Shown piece by piece: positions 51,557-61,129 of a stretch of DNA of 64,000 bases. The translations under genes and the position numbers were made by a program. The notes beneath the pieces are model-generated. The model was not told the DNA's origin, did not search any database, and saw only the letters and a program-made list of their open reading frames with translations. Source of the stretch: an uncultured bacterium (lineage in GTDB: Bacteria > Oederibacteriota > Oederibacteriia > Oederibacteriales > Oederibacteriaceae); NCBI GenBank assembly GCA_965112635.1, contig OZ218778.1, forward strand, positions 1,664,001-1,728,000. The letters are read 5' to 3'. Every line of letters starts with the position of its first letter. Within the stretch, counting starts at the first letter, position 1.

Positions 51557-52601
51557 TTACAAAGACCACTGAGTCTTGAGACCAAAGTTGCCGCCAAAAT
51601 ACTGGCCGTTGGTCTCAGCGTTGAGGCACCAGTCTAGCATAAACAAGTTGAGCTCGAAACCCAGCAAACCCCGAAAAGCCACTGCCGGAGGGGTGGTGGA
51701 GGCGCTACCCGTCACAACATAAGCTGGGATGACCAGGTCGGTCAGCGAAGCAGAGGGGTCATGAAAAGTTTCAGTGCCGGTGGTGGTTGTCGTGGAGTGA
51801 ACATTTCCAAGATTAAAGTCAGCCCCAACGCCGGCAAAAGGACAGAACACGAAGAACTTTTTGCTGATCAATGCGGACAGGTTGATTACCTGTGGGGTTC
51901 CAGTCCAGAGAGTTGGTGATATTGCCCGTAGTGGTTGAGGTGACCCCGCCATTTATCGGATATGGTTGAGGGGTGCTGGTATATTGGGAGGAAGCAGTAA
52001 AAGTTCCGCTGCCGCTCACCATACCTAAATTCAAGGACAGAGCACAAGGGCTGGCCAGGCCATCCTTGATGAGCTGGTCCCGCAGTTCCAAACCCCAGGT
52101 GAGATTTTTGTATTCCCAGGAGTTGCTGCCGCTGCTAGAGCTGTAATCGAGGCTGGAAAAACGGAATCCTAAATCATAACTGCCGAATGGAATGACCGGG
52201 GGAAGTCCCACCTTAATCCCCAAGTTCCAGTGTGGAAGGACCAAGTAACTGGGAAAACCACCCATATTGATCTGGCTAGCGGGATAATAGGACGAAGCAT
52301 TGAACTTATTAACCAAGTTGGTGACACTAAAAGGGAATGCAGAAGCTCCTAAATCGACTCCTATCTCAAACCCAGGAAATCCCAAGACATTGGGGGCCAG
52401 TTTCACGCCGCTACCCTGGTCAAAATAAATAGGATTGCAGAGCGTATCGCTCCACCATTGGGAAACAGTGGAAAAGTCGCTGGCGAGACCCTGGGTAAAG
52501 GTATTGTAATCAGTCTGGATATTACCCGTCGGTGCCCAGGCATGGCAATAAATTGAGCCAGACAATAGGATAAATCCAGCCAAACTAATAACCCTTTTCA
52601 T
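51557..52601 (-). pseudogene. Outer-membrane beta-barrel-like protein gene split by a 1-nt frameshift near 51894-51897
   Basis: The two overlapping ORFs join as ...SLDWNP/QVINLSALISKKFF... if one base of the G4 run is removed; signal peptide and AGGAGG SD at the 5' end, beta-strand C-terminus. Confidence 0.7.
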
Positions 52602-52700
52602 GTTTCCTCCTTTTTATCATTAAAAGCATGTTGTTAGTTATACCAATCCAGGCTTTTAAGTCAAGACTGGAGGGGGAGGTGTATAATATCCAAAACTTGA

Positions 52701-54044
52701 ATGGAGATTAGCGTGGGTCAATCAGCGGAAAAAGCGAAAAGAATAGTTCTTAAATTGAAGGAAAAAGGGTATGAGGCCTATCTAGCCGGTGGGTGTGTTA
52801 GGGACCAGCTCATGGGCAGGCCACCCAAGGATTATGATATTGCCACTTCGGCGTTGCCAGAAGAGATCCAAGCTGTTTTTCCCCATACCGAAGCTGTGGG
52901 AGCACAGTTCGGGGTTATCTTAGTGATAGAGGAAGGTGAAGCTTTTGAAACAGCTACTTTCAGGAGTGATCTTTCCTACAAGGATGGCCGCAGGCCAGAG
53001 GCTGTGCGTTTTACGAATGCCAAAGAGGACGCTTTACGCCGGGATTTCACGGTCAATGGGATGTTCTTTGATCCTGTGAATGGTCAGGTCATCGACTATA
53101 TAGGAGGCCAAAAAGACCTTCAGGCTAAGGTCATCCGTTGTATTGGCGAACCGGAAAAGCGTTTTGACGAGGACAAGCTCAGGATATTGAGGGCTGTACG
53201 CTTTAGCGCGGAACTGGGTTTCCAGCTTGAACCTGCGACCAAAGCGGCCATCCCAGCTTTGGCCAGCGCTATATCCCAGGTCTCATGGGAAAGAATTGGC
53301 ATCGAGATGAACAAGCTGCTCCTTTGCCCCTTAAGACGCCGGGGGATTGAACTTTTGGACGAAACAGGACTTTTAGCCCAGCTTCTCCCTGAACTTTTGG
53401 CCATGAAGGGCTGCGGCCAACCCCCGGAGTTCCATCCTGAAGGTGACGTGTGGATCCACACCCTTTTGCTAATGGAAAAACTGGAAAACCCAAGTTTGGA
53501 ACTGGCCTGGGCCGCATTGCTGCACGATGTGGGCAAGCCGGCTACCCGCACCCAGGCCCAGGGAGACCGTGTCCGGTTCAACGAGCATGATATTAAAAGC
53601 GCTGAAATGGCCGTAGAAATTTGTCGCAGGTTTCGGTTGAGCAACGAAACTACAGAGAGAATAAGGGTGCTCATTGCGGATCATATGCGCATCAATCAGG
53701 TTGAAAAAATGAGGGTAGCGACCCTCAAGCGGCTGTTCAGGGAGGAATATTTTGACGACCTTCTAGCCTTACATCTGGTGGATTGCCTGGCCAGCCATGG
53801 ACATAGGGACCTTTACGAGTTTTGTGTGGCCAAAAAGCAGGAGTTGGAAAAGCTGGGAGCCGAACAAACCCTCAAACCCAAGCCGCTGATAAACGGCGGC
53901 GACCTTATCCGGATGGGCTTCCGGCCCGGTCCTCTATTCAAGGAGGTCCTGGAGGCAGTGGAAACTGAACAACTGGAGGGAAGGATCACAGAATACGAGC
54001 AGGCCCGTCTATTTGTATCGGATCGTTACAAGGGCCGCTCTTAA
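52701..54044 (+). CDS. cca: CCA tRNA nucleotidyltransferase with HD domain
   Basis: GGCVRD, DYDIAT, RRDFTVN, EDKLRILRAVRF, HPEGDVWIHT, LLHDVGK. Confidence 0.92.
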   Translation: MEISVGQSAEKAKRIVLKLKEKGYEAYLAGGCVRDQLMGRPPKDYDIATSALPEEIQAVFPHTEAVGAQFGVILVIEEGEAFETATFRSDLSYKDGRRPEAVRFTNAKEDALRRDFTVNGMFFDPVNGQVIDYIGGQKDLQAKVIRCIGEPEKRFDEDKLRILRAVRFSAELGFQLEPATKAAIPALASAISQVSWERIGIEMNKLLLCPLRRRGIELLDETGLLAQLLPELLAMKGCGQPPEFHPEGDVWIHTLLLMEKLENPSLELAWAALLHDVGKPATRTQAQGDRVRFNEHDIKSAEMAVEICRRFRLSNETTERIRVLIADHMRINQVEKMRVATLKRLFREEYFDDLLALHLVDCLASHGHRDLYEFCVAKKQELEKLGAEQTLKPKPLINGGDLIRMGFRPGPLFKEVLEAVETEQLEGRITEYEQARLFVSDRYKGRS

Positions 54045-54090
54045 GAGAAAAAGCATTTTTTGGTTGGACTAGGTTTTAGATCCTTTCTGT

Positions 54091-54099
54091 TGATATAAT
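54091..54099 (+). promoter_or_regulatory. Extended -10 promoter for glmU-prs
   Basis: TGATATAAT 35 nt upstream of the glmU ATG. Confidence 0.6.
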
Positions 54100-54133
54100 G
54101 TTGCGAATATTAAATGTTTTTAGGAGATCAGGG

Positions 54134-55495
54134 ATGCCTCAGGTAGCTGCGGTCATCCTGGCAGCGGGCCAGGGAACACGCATGAAATCCGAAAACCCTA
54201 AAGTGTTGCATCCGGTCAACGGCGTTCCGTTGATCCAGTGGACCACGGATCTGGTCAAGAATTGCAGGTTTCAAAGGCGTGTGGTCGTGTTGCCTCCCCG
54301 CCTGGATGCTATCAAGCCTATTATTGGAAAAGGGTTTGCTGTCGCCATACAGGCTAACCCCAAAGGGACCGGTCACGCCTTGATGCAGGTCCAAAAAATC
54401 CTAAAAGGGTTCCAGGGTGATCTGGTTGTTTTATACGGCGATATGCCCCTTTTAAAAAAAGAAACTCTAGAGAAGCTCGTTAAAACCCATCAGCAGTCAG
54501 GCGCTGAAGCCACACTATTGACCGCAAACCTTCCGAACCCTTTCGGTTACGGCAGGATCGTCAGGGGTGGCCAAGGTAATATCCTCCGGGTTGTGGAGGA
54601 GCTTGACGCTACTCCGGAGCAGAGAAGGATCCAAGAAGTCAACACCGGTTATGTATGTTATAAGACCGGAGCTCTATGGCCAGCGTTGTCCAGGATCGGT
54701 TCAAAAAATGCCAAAGGAGAATATTATTTGACCGATGTGGTTCACGCATTGATTGAAACCGGAAAAAAGGTACAATGGGTTTCATCCAGTGTGGAGGAGG
54801 TTTGGGGAGTGAACGACAGGGTACAGCTGGCCAGGGCAGCCAAGATCCTGAGGCTGCGTTACCTGGAAGAGCTGATGAAGAACGGGGTAACCATCGAAGA
54901 TCCGGATTCCACTTTTATAGACAAAGGCGCCAGGATAGGACGCGACACGGTCATCAGGCCATGCACTTTCATTGACTCGATGACGGTTGTCGGCAAGCAT
55001 TGCGAGATCGGACCTTTTAGCAGGCTCACCAAAAGCCGGGTGGAAGACAAAGTTTTCATCATGAGTTCCACCATAGACAGCAGCACCTTAAAAAAAGGTT
55101 GCCGTGTCGGGCCCTATTGCCGGGTCAGGAACCATTCCGTGATCGGAGAGCAGGCCTATCTGGGAAATTTTGTGGAGATCAAAAATTCCAAAGTCGGCAG
55201 GTTAGCCATGATCAGCCATTTTAGCTATTTGGGCGACACTACGCTGGGCCGGAAGGCCAATATCGGCGCCGGGACTGTAACGGCAAATTTTGACGGAGTT
55301 AATAAAAATAGGACCGTGATCAGGGATGGAGCTTTTATCGGAAGCAATACCACTCTGGTCGCGCCTGTCAGGATCGGAGCCGGTGCAAAAACCGGAGCCG
55401 GTTCTGTTGTCTTAAAGAAAACCAAGGTGCCCTCCCGCAGCGTGGTGGTAGGGGTGCCTGCCAGACTTTTAAAAAAGAAGAGAGAGGAGAGGTAA
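54134..55495 (+). CDS. glmU: Bifunctional UDP-GlcNAc pyrophosphorylase / GlcN-1-P acetyltransferase
   Basis: LAAGQGTRMKS..PKVLH, EYYLTD, hexapeptide repeats, GNFVEIK; ATG 54134 after AGGAG. Confidence 0.97.
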   Translation: MPQVAAVILAAGQGTRMKSENPKVLHPVNGVPLIQWTTDLVKNCRFQRRVVVLPPRLDAIKPIIGKGFAVAIQANPKGTGHALMQVQKILKGFQGDLVVLYGDMPLLKKETLEKLVKTHQQSGAEATLLTANLPNPFGYGRIVRGGQGNILRVVEELDATPEQRRIQEVNTGYVCYKTGALWPALSRIGSKNAKGEYYLTDVVHALIETGKKVQWVSSSVEEVWGVNDRVQLARAAKILRLRYLEELMKNGVTIEDPDSTFIDKGARIGRDTVIRPCTFIDSMTVVGKHCEIGPFSRLTKSRVEDKVFIMSSTIDSSTLKKGCRVGPYCRVRNHSVIGEQAYLGNFVEIKNSKVGRLAMISHFSYLGDTTLGRKANIGAGTVTANFDGVNKNRTVIRDGAFIGSNTTLVAPVRIGAGAKTGAGSVVLKKTKVPSRSVVVGVPARLLKKKREER

Positions 55496-56443
55496 ATGAG
55501 CAAGCCCCTGAAGATCTTTTCCGGGAACGCGAACAAGCCGTTAGCGCAGGAGATCGCGGCCCATCTCAAACAAAAGTGCGGCGACCTGGAGGTGGGGAGG
55601 TTCCCTGAGGGAGAGATACGGGTCAAGATAAACGAGAATGTGCGGGGTGCCGATGTGTTCGTCATCCAGCCCACCTGTGCTCCCGTGAACGAGAATGTGA
55701 TGGAGCTTTTAATCATGCTGGATGCTTTCCGAAGGGCGTCAGCCAACCGCATTACCGCCGTGCTCCCTTATTACGGCTACGCCCGGCAGGACCGCAAAGA
55801 CCAACCACGCGTCCCCATTACGGCCAAGCTCATGGCCAACCTTATCGCTAAAGCCGGGGCTGACAGGGTTTTGACCATGGATTTGCACGCGGATCAGGTG
55901 CAGGGATTTTTCGATATACCGGTGGACCATTTGATGGCTGCGCCGGTCCTAGCCAACTATTTCCTAAAAAAGAACATTAAAAATCTGGTGGTGGCTACTG
56001 CTGATGTCGGCGGCATCAAGACCGCGAGGAACTTTGCCGAAAGGATGGGAGCCTCCCTAGCCATCGTGGATAAAAGAAGGATGGGGCATTCCGAAGTCGA
56101 GGCTATGAACTTGATCGGGGACGTTAAAGACAAGAACGTAATCGTTCCGGACGACATTATCGCGACCGCGGGAACCCTGAGCGAAGCGGTCCGGTTCCTT
56201 ATCAAGCAAGGGGCCAAGGATGTGTATGCCTGTTGCAGCCACGCTGTCCTATGTCCTCCTTCTGTGGAACGGATTAATAAGTTGAGCTTAAAAGAGGTCG
56301 TGGCCACCAATACAATTCCATTAAATCAAGAAGTACAGCAGATCAAGGACCGCATGGTTATCCTTTCGGTGGCAGAACTCTTTGCGGAAGCCATCCGCCG
56401 TATCCATGACGAAGAGTCGGTTAGCACTTTATTTCAAAGGTAA
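55496..56443 (+). CDS. prs: Ribose-phosphate pyrophosphokinase
   Basis: PYYGYARQDRK, DLHADQ, DDIIATAGT. Confidence 0.98.
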   Translation: MSKPLKIFSGNANKPLAQEIAAHLKQKCGDLEVGRFPEGEIRVKINENVRGADVFVIQPTCAPVNENVMELLIMLDAFRRASANRITAVLPYYGYARQDRKDQPRVPITAKLMANLIAKAGADRVLTMDLHADQVQGFFDIPVDHLMAAPVLANYFLKKNIKNLVVATADVGGIKTARNFAERMGASLAIVDKRRMGHSEVEAMNLIGDVKDKNVIVPDDIIATAGTLSEAVRFLIKQGAKDVYACCSHAVLCPPSVERINKLSLKEVVATNTIPLNQEVQQIKDRMVILSVAELFAEAIRRIHDEESVSTLFQR

Positions 56444-56642
56444 AACTTGAGTGTGTTGTTTAGATCTGTAATAAATGGTGAAGTTTTGCCTGAAAGCAGA
56501 CTAGTAATAAGGATTGAAATCAAGACCCGGATTTGATATTTTTTTGTAATAAATTCCTTAGGATTCCAGCAGTTTATCCCTGCGGTTTTAATCAAGCAGC
56601 CGCGCGGAAAATTTTGAACACTAGAAAGGAAAGGTAGATTCC

Positions 56643-57443
56643 ATGAAGGAAGTCGAACTGAATTGCAGCACCAGAGAGTTGAAGACCAAAGGTGACCTTA
56701 AAAAGGTCAGAAACAGCGGGGGCATCCCCGGTATTCTTTATGGGGAGAGGAAAGAATCTGTGCCTTTGACCTTTTCGGGAAAAGAGCTGCAGAAAGCCCT
56801 TTCCCAGGCAGGGGGAAGGAACGCTCTTTTTCATATTAAAGTGCAAAAAAGCGGCGGTGATACTTCCGCCTTGGCCATGATCAAAGAAGTGCAATTAGAC
56901 CCGGTCAAAGACAATATCATCCACGCAGATTTCCAGATCGTGTCCCTATCCAAGAAGATCCAAGTGGAAGTGCCTATCAAAACCCAGGGGGAGGCTGTGG
57001 GCGTAAAAGAAGGCGGAATCCTGGAAATCTTGGCCAGGACCCTGTCGGTGAGGTGTCTGCCCAAAGATATGCCTGATGTCATTCAAGTTGATGTGAGCGC
57101 CTTAAAGATCGGCCATGCCTTGCATGTCCGCGACATCCAGGCTTCGGCTGGCGTGGAGATCCTGGAAACCAAAGATAGGCCTGTTCTGATTGTGACCGTT
57201 CCATCCGAAATCAAAGAAGAAGAGGTTGCCGCGGGACCAGAAGTACCCGTCGCAGAGCCTGAAGTTATTGGTGAGAAGGAAAGGCTGGAACGCAAGGCTG
57301 CCAAAGAAGCCGAAGCTGGCAAGGAAGGCGCTGCTAAGGAACCGGCCAAAGAAGGGGCTGGGGCCAAGGAAGCACTCAAGGCTGCCAAAGAGGCACCCAA
57401 AGCGGACGATAAGAGCAAGGCGGTTAAAGGAGCCAAGAAATGA
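56643..57443 (+). CDS. rplY: 50S ribosomal protein bL25/Ctc with Lys/Ala/Glu-rich tail
   Basis: IPGILYG, IIHADF, GVKEGGIL; located between prs and pth. Confidence 0.96.
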   Translation: MKEVELNCSTRELKTKGDLKKVRNSGGIPGILYGERKESVPLTFSGKELQKALSQAGGRNALFHIKVQKSGGDTSALAMIKEVQLDPVKDNIIHADFQIVSLSKKIQVEVPIKTQGEAVGVKEGGILEILARTLSVRCLPKDMPDVIQVDVSALKIGHALHVRDIQASAGVEILETKDRPVLIVTVPSEIKEEEVAAGPEVPVAEPEVIGEKERLERKAAKEAEAGKEGAAKEPAKEGAGAKEALKAAKEAPKADDKSKAVKGAKK

Positions 57444-58012
57444 AATTGATCGTTGGCTTGGGAAACCCTGATGAAAAGTACAAAGGGACCCGCCATAATT
57501 CCGGAGCTATGGTCGTCCAGGAGCTTGCCGGAATTTCTAAAGGCAGTTTTCAAAAATCCAAGCATGGGCAAGTTGCCGAAATAAAGATAGGCAAAGAAAA
57601 AGTGGTGATAGCCACCTTGAATTATTTCATGAACGAGAGCGGCAAGGGTGTCAAGCCGTTGATGAAAGAGAATAAGGTGTCTATAGGTAATTTGGTGGTG
57701 GTGGTGGATGATTTCCAGCTGCCCCTGGGTTCGATCCGTTTGAGAGCCAGGGGGAGTTCAGGAGGACATAAGGGGTTGCAGTCGGTCATCAGTGCTTTGG
57801 GATCCGAGGAGTTTTGCCGTTTAAGGATCGGTACTGGCAGGAAGGCGGACGAACCTGCCCCACCCTCAGAAAAATGGAATGATTTTGTCCTGACCCCATT
57901 CACCCCGAAAGAAAAGCCCATTCTAAAAAAAGTTCTGGCCAAAGCAGCCGATGCTTTGAAAATGTGGGTAAACAATGGCCCTGAAAAGGCCATGAGCCTG
58001 TTCAACAACTGA
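57440..58012 (+). CDS. pth: Peptidyl-tRNA hydrolase
   Basis: IVGLGNP, TRHN, FMNESG, GGHKGL, RLRIG. Confidence 0.97.
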   Translation: MKLIVGLGNPDEKYKGTRHNSGAMVVQELAGISKGSFQKSKHGQVAEIKIGKEKVVIATLNYFMNESGKGVKPLMKENKVSIGNLVVVVDDFQLPLGSIRLRARGSSGGHKGLQSVISALGSEEFCRLRIGTGRKADEPAPPSEKWNDFVLTPFTPKEKPILKKVLAKAADALKMWVNNGPEKAMSLFNN

Positions 58013-58267
58013 TCCTCTGTCTGAAAAACCTGCCAAAAATTTACTGAAATAGCCAAATAATCCAGTAAAAATAAGGATTAAATCTAAAATAATCTCGAAA
58101 TTATGGAACTTTTTGGCTTCATTATTGTCTAATTATTCAAAATAGTATTGGATATAACCAGGAGAGCAAATATTTGTGGAGAGGGGTATAATTAGGTTAA
58201 TTATAGCTAAAACCCTAAGAAATATTTTTTCCCCGTTTCAAAGTTATAAAGCCAAAGGTGGTTTAAG

Positions 58268-60940
58268 GTGAACCTAAAAAGCAAAAAGATGGCAGTGAAA
58301 TTGCAGTTGATGGTAGTCGTTTTGGGTGTTTTTATGCTTTTTTCAAACTGGGCGGAAGCTGCCTGTACCCACACTGTGATCGTTTCTACAGTCGCGCAAC
58401 TCTACAATGCAGTGAAAAGCGCTCAAAATGGCGATTGTATTGAAATCGTTGATGGCACCTACCAGTTGAACGAAAATTCCCCCTTAGATTTTGAAGGAGT
58501 AAACAATGTCGTCTTAATGAGTGCATCCAATGATCCCACCCGAGTGACCATCCAGGGGGTTGGTTTTGTGGATGATGGGTCAGCGGGCGCTGGTTGTTCG
58601 CCCTACCCGGGAGACTCGAATAATGATTGCCTGTGGATTTCTAATACTTTAGCCTGTAATTCCCTCACCATTTCAGCTATCACTTTCACGATGGCCTGTT
58701 ATGGCATCAAGGTGGATTCCTATACAGGACCGACTGATATAGAAATTCTTAATTGCCGATTTATTGATATGGGGTATCGGTGTATCAAAGGCACTTGGGG
58801 GGGCAGTTATGCGGTGCACGCGACCAAGGGTCTGGTTCAAAATTGTTATTTCGAAGATAATATGATCCCTCCTGCTTGCTGGTTTTCCAGCGGGGATTAT
58901 ATAGCCGGTTTTGATTTGATGATCCTGGATAGCTGGACTTTCCAAGATAACACTTTTTTGAATATCAAAGGACACAATTCAGGAGGCCGGGCTTGCTACC
59001 AGCTTTGGAACGGTTGCCAGAACTGTATCGTCCAGAGGAACCGCTGTCTGGGTTGCGACAGGTTCGCCAGCCTAGGAAATGGTCCAGAAGGCAGTAGTTG
59101 GAATTGCCAAAATATTTCTGTGATCAATAACTATATCAGCTTGCCGGCTAATGACGGAATAGAATTGGACTATACAACTAACTGTAATATATACAATAAC
59201 AGCATCTACGCTGACCCAGCCCACACTATAAGGGGTATCTATGCTGTGCCATCGGGAAAACCAAATACCAATGACAATATTGAAAATAATTTGATAAGTG
59301 ATTGCGTTTCTCCAGCCAACGATCTGGCTATTGCTGGTGTGACCGGGACGATAAGCAACAATGTAACCGGCATTAATCCGGCAATCTATTGGTCCAATCC
59401 CAGTGCGGGAATTCTGGATCTGACCCAATTTGCCTCGAATGCTATCGGTACAGGAGTGACCTTGGCGATGGTGCCGCAAGATATCTATAATCAGAATCGC
59501 CATAACCCATCACCCTGCGTTGGTGCGAACGAGTTCTTTAACTACACTCCGACGCAGACCGGTACCAAAACCCCTTCGCCGACCGTGACAGCCACGCCGC
59601 TGCCGACCCACACGGCGTCCCCGACGGGGACAGCGTGTGCTTTGTGCACGGCGACACCGACCAACTGCGCGATATGCACGGCTACCAATACTCCCACCTG
59701 TCAGGTGCTGGCTGATTATGACAGCGGGGCTGACCCTACCAGCAGCGGCGGAACGACCACGATGAACCCTTCCGGATACGATAGCGCGAGCAATACGACG
59801 ACCACTGGGACAGCCACCTATGATCCCACCCAGAACTACGGGACACCTTCCGGGGATGCCATGAACCTTTCCTGGAATATGCAGACGAACGGGTGGGCGA
59901 TCTATTATCAGACGGTCGGCGGGATACAGGATTGGACGAACTTTATAGTCCTTTCTTTTTGGGTGAAAGGGAACGCAGGAGGAGAGAGATTCCATGTCCA
60001 ATTACGAGATTGCTGCGGAGGCTCTCCAGGCTGTTGTAACCAGGAGTGGTCCGCGGTGGAGACGGCGACTAACCAGTGGACGCAGATCGTCCTTACTCTG
60101 CCCACGGATTTTTCGCTGCATGGGGCACAGCCGGTATCCTGGAACCATATCAGCGATGTGGCCTTGGTGTTTGATTCTTCTCAGCTGGGACCTCACACAC
60201 TGTGGATAGATGATATGATGGTGTGCTCTGGAATGCCGCCTACGGCGACTCCGACGCCTGCTGCGCCTACAGCAACAGCTACACCTCCTGGGCCTACAGC
60301 AACGGCTACGTCGAGTTATACGGCCACCGTAACGGCCACGCCGGCAGGGCCGACATCGACCTTTACGGTTACATTAACCCCTTCGCTTACATTAACGTCC
60401 TCGGAGACTTTCACTATCACCCAGACATGGACGCCTGTGACAGGGACCCCGACCAATACTTTTACCGCCAGCGGTACGCCAACATGCACTTTGACGGTTA
60501 CGCCGACCCAACCTGCGTTCACGGCTACTCCGTTGCGGAGCAGCACGTTCACAACGACCTTCACCTATACCCTAACGCCGACTGCATACCAGAGCCTGAA
60601 CATCATCCAGCTCCTGACCTATCCAAACCCGGTCAAGAAGCAGAACACGGTGAATTTCTATATCAATTTAGGGGATATTCCTGACCGGATTGACATTAAG
60701 GTATACACGACAGCGGCGAGATTGATCAAGGTCATGACGTCAGCGCAGACAAAAGCCCTCAACGGGGTTACCTTGGTGAAGGATATTAATAACGCGTGCA
60801 CCTACGCTTATGCGATACCTTATGACCTGAAGGATTATGAGGGAAGTCTGTTGGCGGACGGTTTGTACTATTTTGTTGTGGAAGCAAAGAAGAATGATAT
60901 TTCAGTGAGGTCTATAGGCCGGTTTACGGTACTTCGATAG
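58268..60940 (+). CDS. Secreted modular protein: right-handed beta-helix, carbohydrate-binding-like (CBM11/CIA30-like) domain, Pro/Thr linkers, C-terminal YPNP Ig-like domain
   Basis: Signal peptide ending AEA; GDCIEIVDGTY and NN-rich PbH1-like repeats; LSFWVKG...LWIDD; TPTxT linkers; LTYPNP...IKVYTTAARLI...LADGLYY. Confidence 0.75.
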   Translation: MNLKSKKMAVKLQLMVVVLGVFMLFSNWAEAACTHTVIVSTVAQLYNAVKSAQNGDCIEIVDGTYQLNENSPLDFEGVNNVVLMSASNDPTRVTIQGVGFVDDGSAGAGCSPYPGDSNNDCLWISNTLACNSLTISAITFTMACYGIKVDSYTGPTDIEILNCRFIDMGYRCIKGTWGGSYAVHATKGLVQNCYFEDNMIPPACWFSSGDYIAGFDLMILDSWTFQDNTFLNIKGHNSGGRACYQLWNGCQNCIVQRNRCLGCDRFASLGNGPEGSSWNCQNISVINNYISLPANDGIELDYTTNCNIYNNSIYADPAHTIRGIYAVPSGKPNTNDNIENNLISDCVSPANDLAIAGVTGTISNNVTGINPAIYWSNPSAGILDLTQFASNAIGTGVTLAMVPQDIYNQNRHNPSPCVGANEFFNYTPTQTGTKTPSPTVTATPLPTHTASPTGTACALCTATPTNCAICTATNTPTCQVLADYDSGADPTSSGGTTTMNPSGYDSASNTTTTGTATYDPTQNYGTPSGDAMNLSWNMQTNGWAIYYQTVGGIQDWTNFIVLSFWVKGNAGGERFHVQLRDCCGGSPGCCNQEWSAVETATNQWTQIVLTLPTDFSLHGAQPVSWNHISDVALVFDSSQLGPHTLWIDDMMVCSGMPPTATPTPAAPTATATPPGPTATATSSYTATVTATPAGPTSTFTVTLTPSLTLTSSETFTITQTWTPVTGTPTNTFTASGTPTCTLTVTPTQPAFTATPLRSSTFTTTFTYTLTPTAYQSLNIIQLLTYPNPVKKQNTVNFYINLGDIPDRIDIKVYTTAARLIKVMTSAQTKALNGVTLVKDINNACTYAYAIPYDLKDYEGSLLADGLYYFVVEAKKNDISVRSIGRFTVLR

Positions 60941-60978
60941 AAGGTTAATGTCATAGAATTTTTAGGTAAAAAAGGGTC

Positions 60979-61017
60979 AAGACCCTGGTTGGATGCATCA
61001 GCCAGGGTCTTTTTTTT
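60979..61017 (+). terminator. Intrinsic terminator
   Basis: AAGACCCTGGTTG...CAGCCAGGGTCTT followed by a T run. Confidence 0.8.
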
Positions 61018-61129
61018 AGAGAATATTTGCATTTCTCGCGCTGAAAATTGTGAATTTTTGGACAAAAGCTTAGAAATTGACATACAATGATTTGTGAAAA
61101 ATCAGCGGCGAAATTAGAGAGGATGGATT

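Noticed and set aside
54045-56642. tRNA-Gln often found near prs, and a possible L25 leader at 56444-56642
   Set aside because: No cloverleaf or T-loop motif seen; only weak, unconvincing stems before rplY
59540-60590. Repetitive ACG/CCG-rich DNA as a CRISPR array or DGR repeat
   Set aside because: Degenerate in-frame Thr/Pro linker codons; no fixed repeat-spacer period and no cas or reverse transcriptase gene in the window
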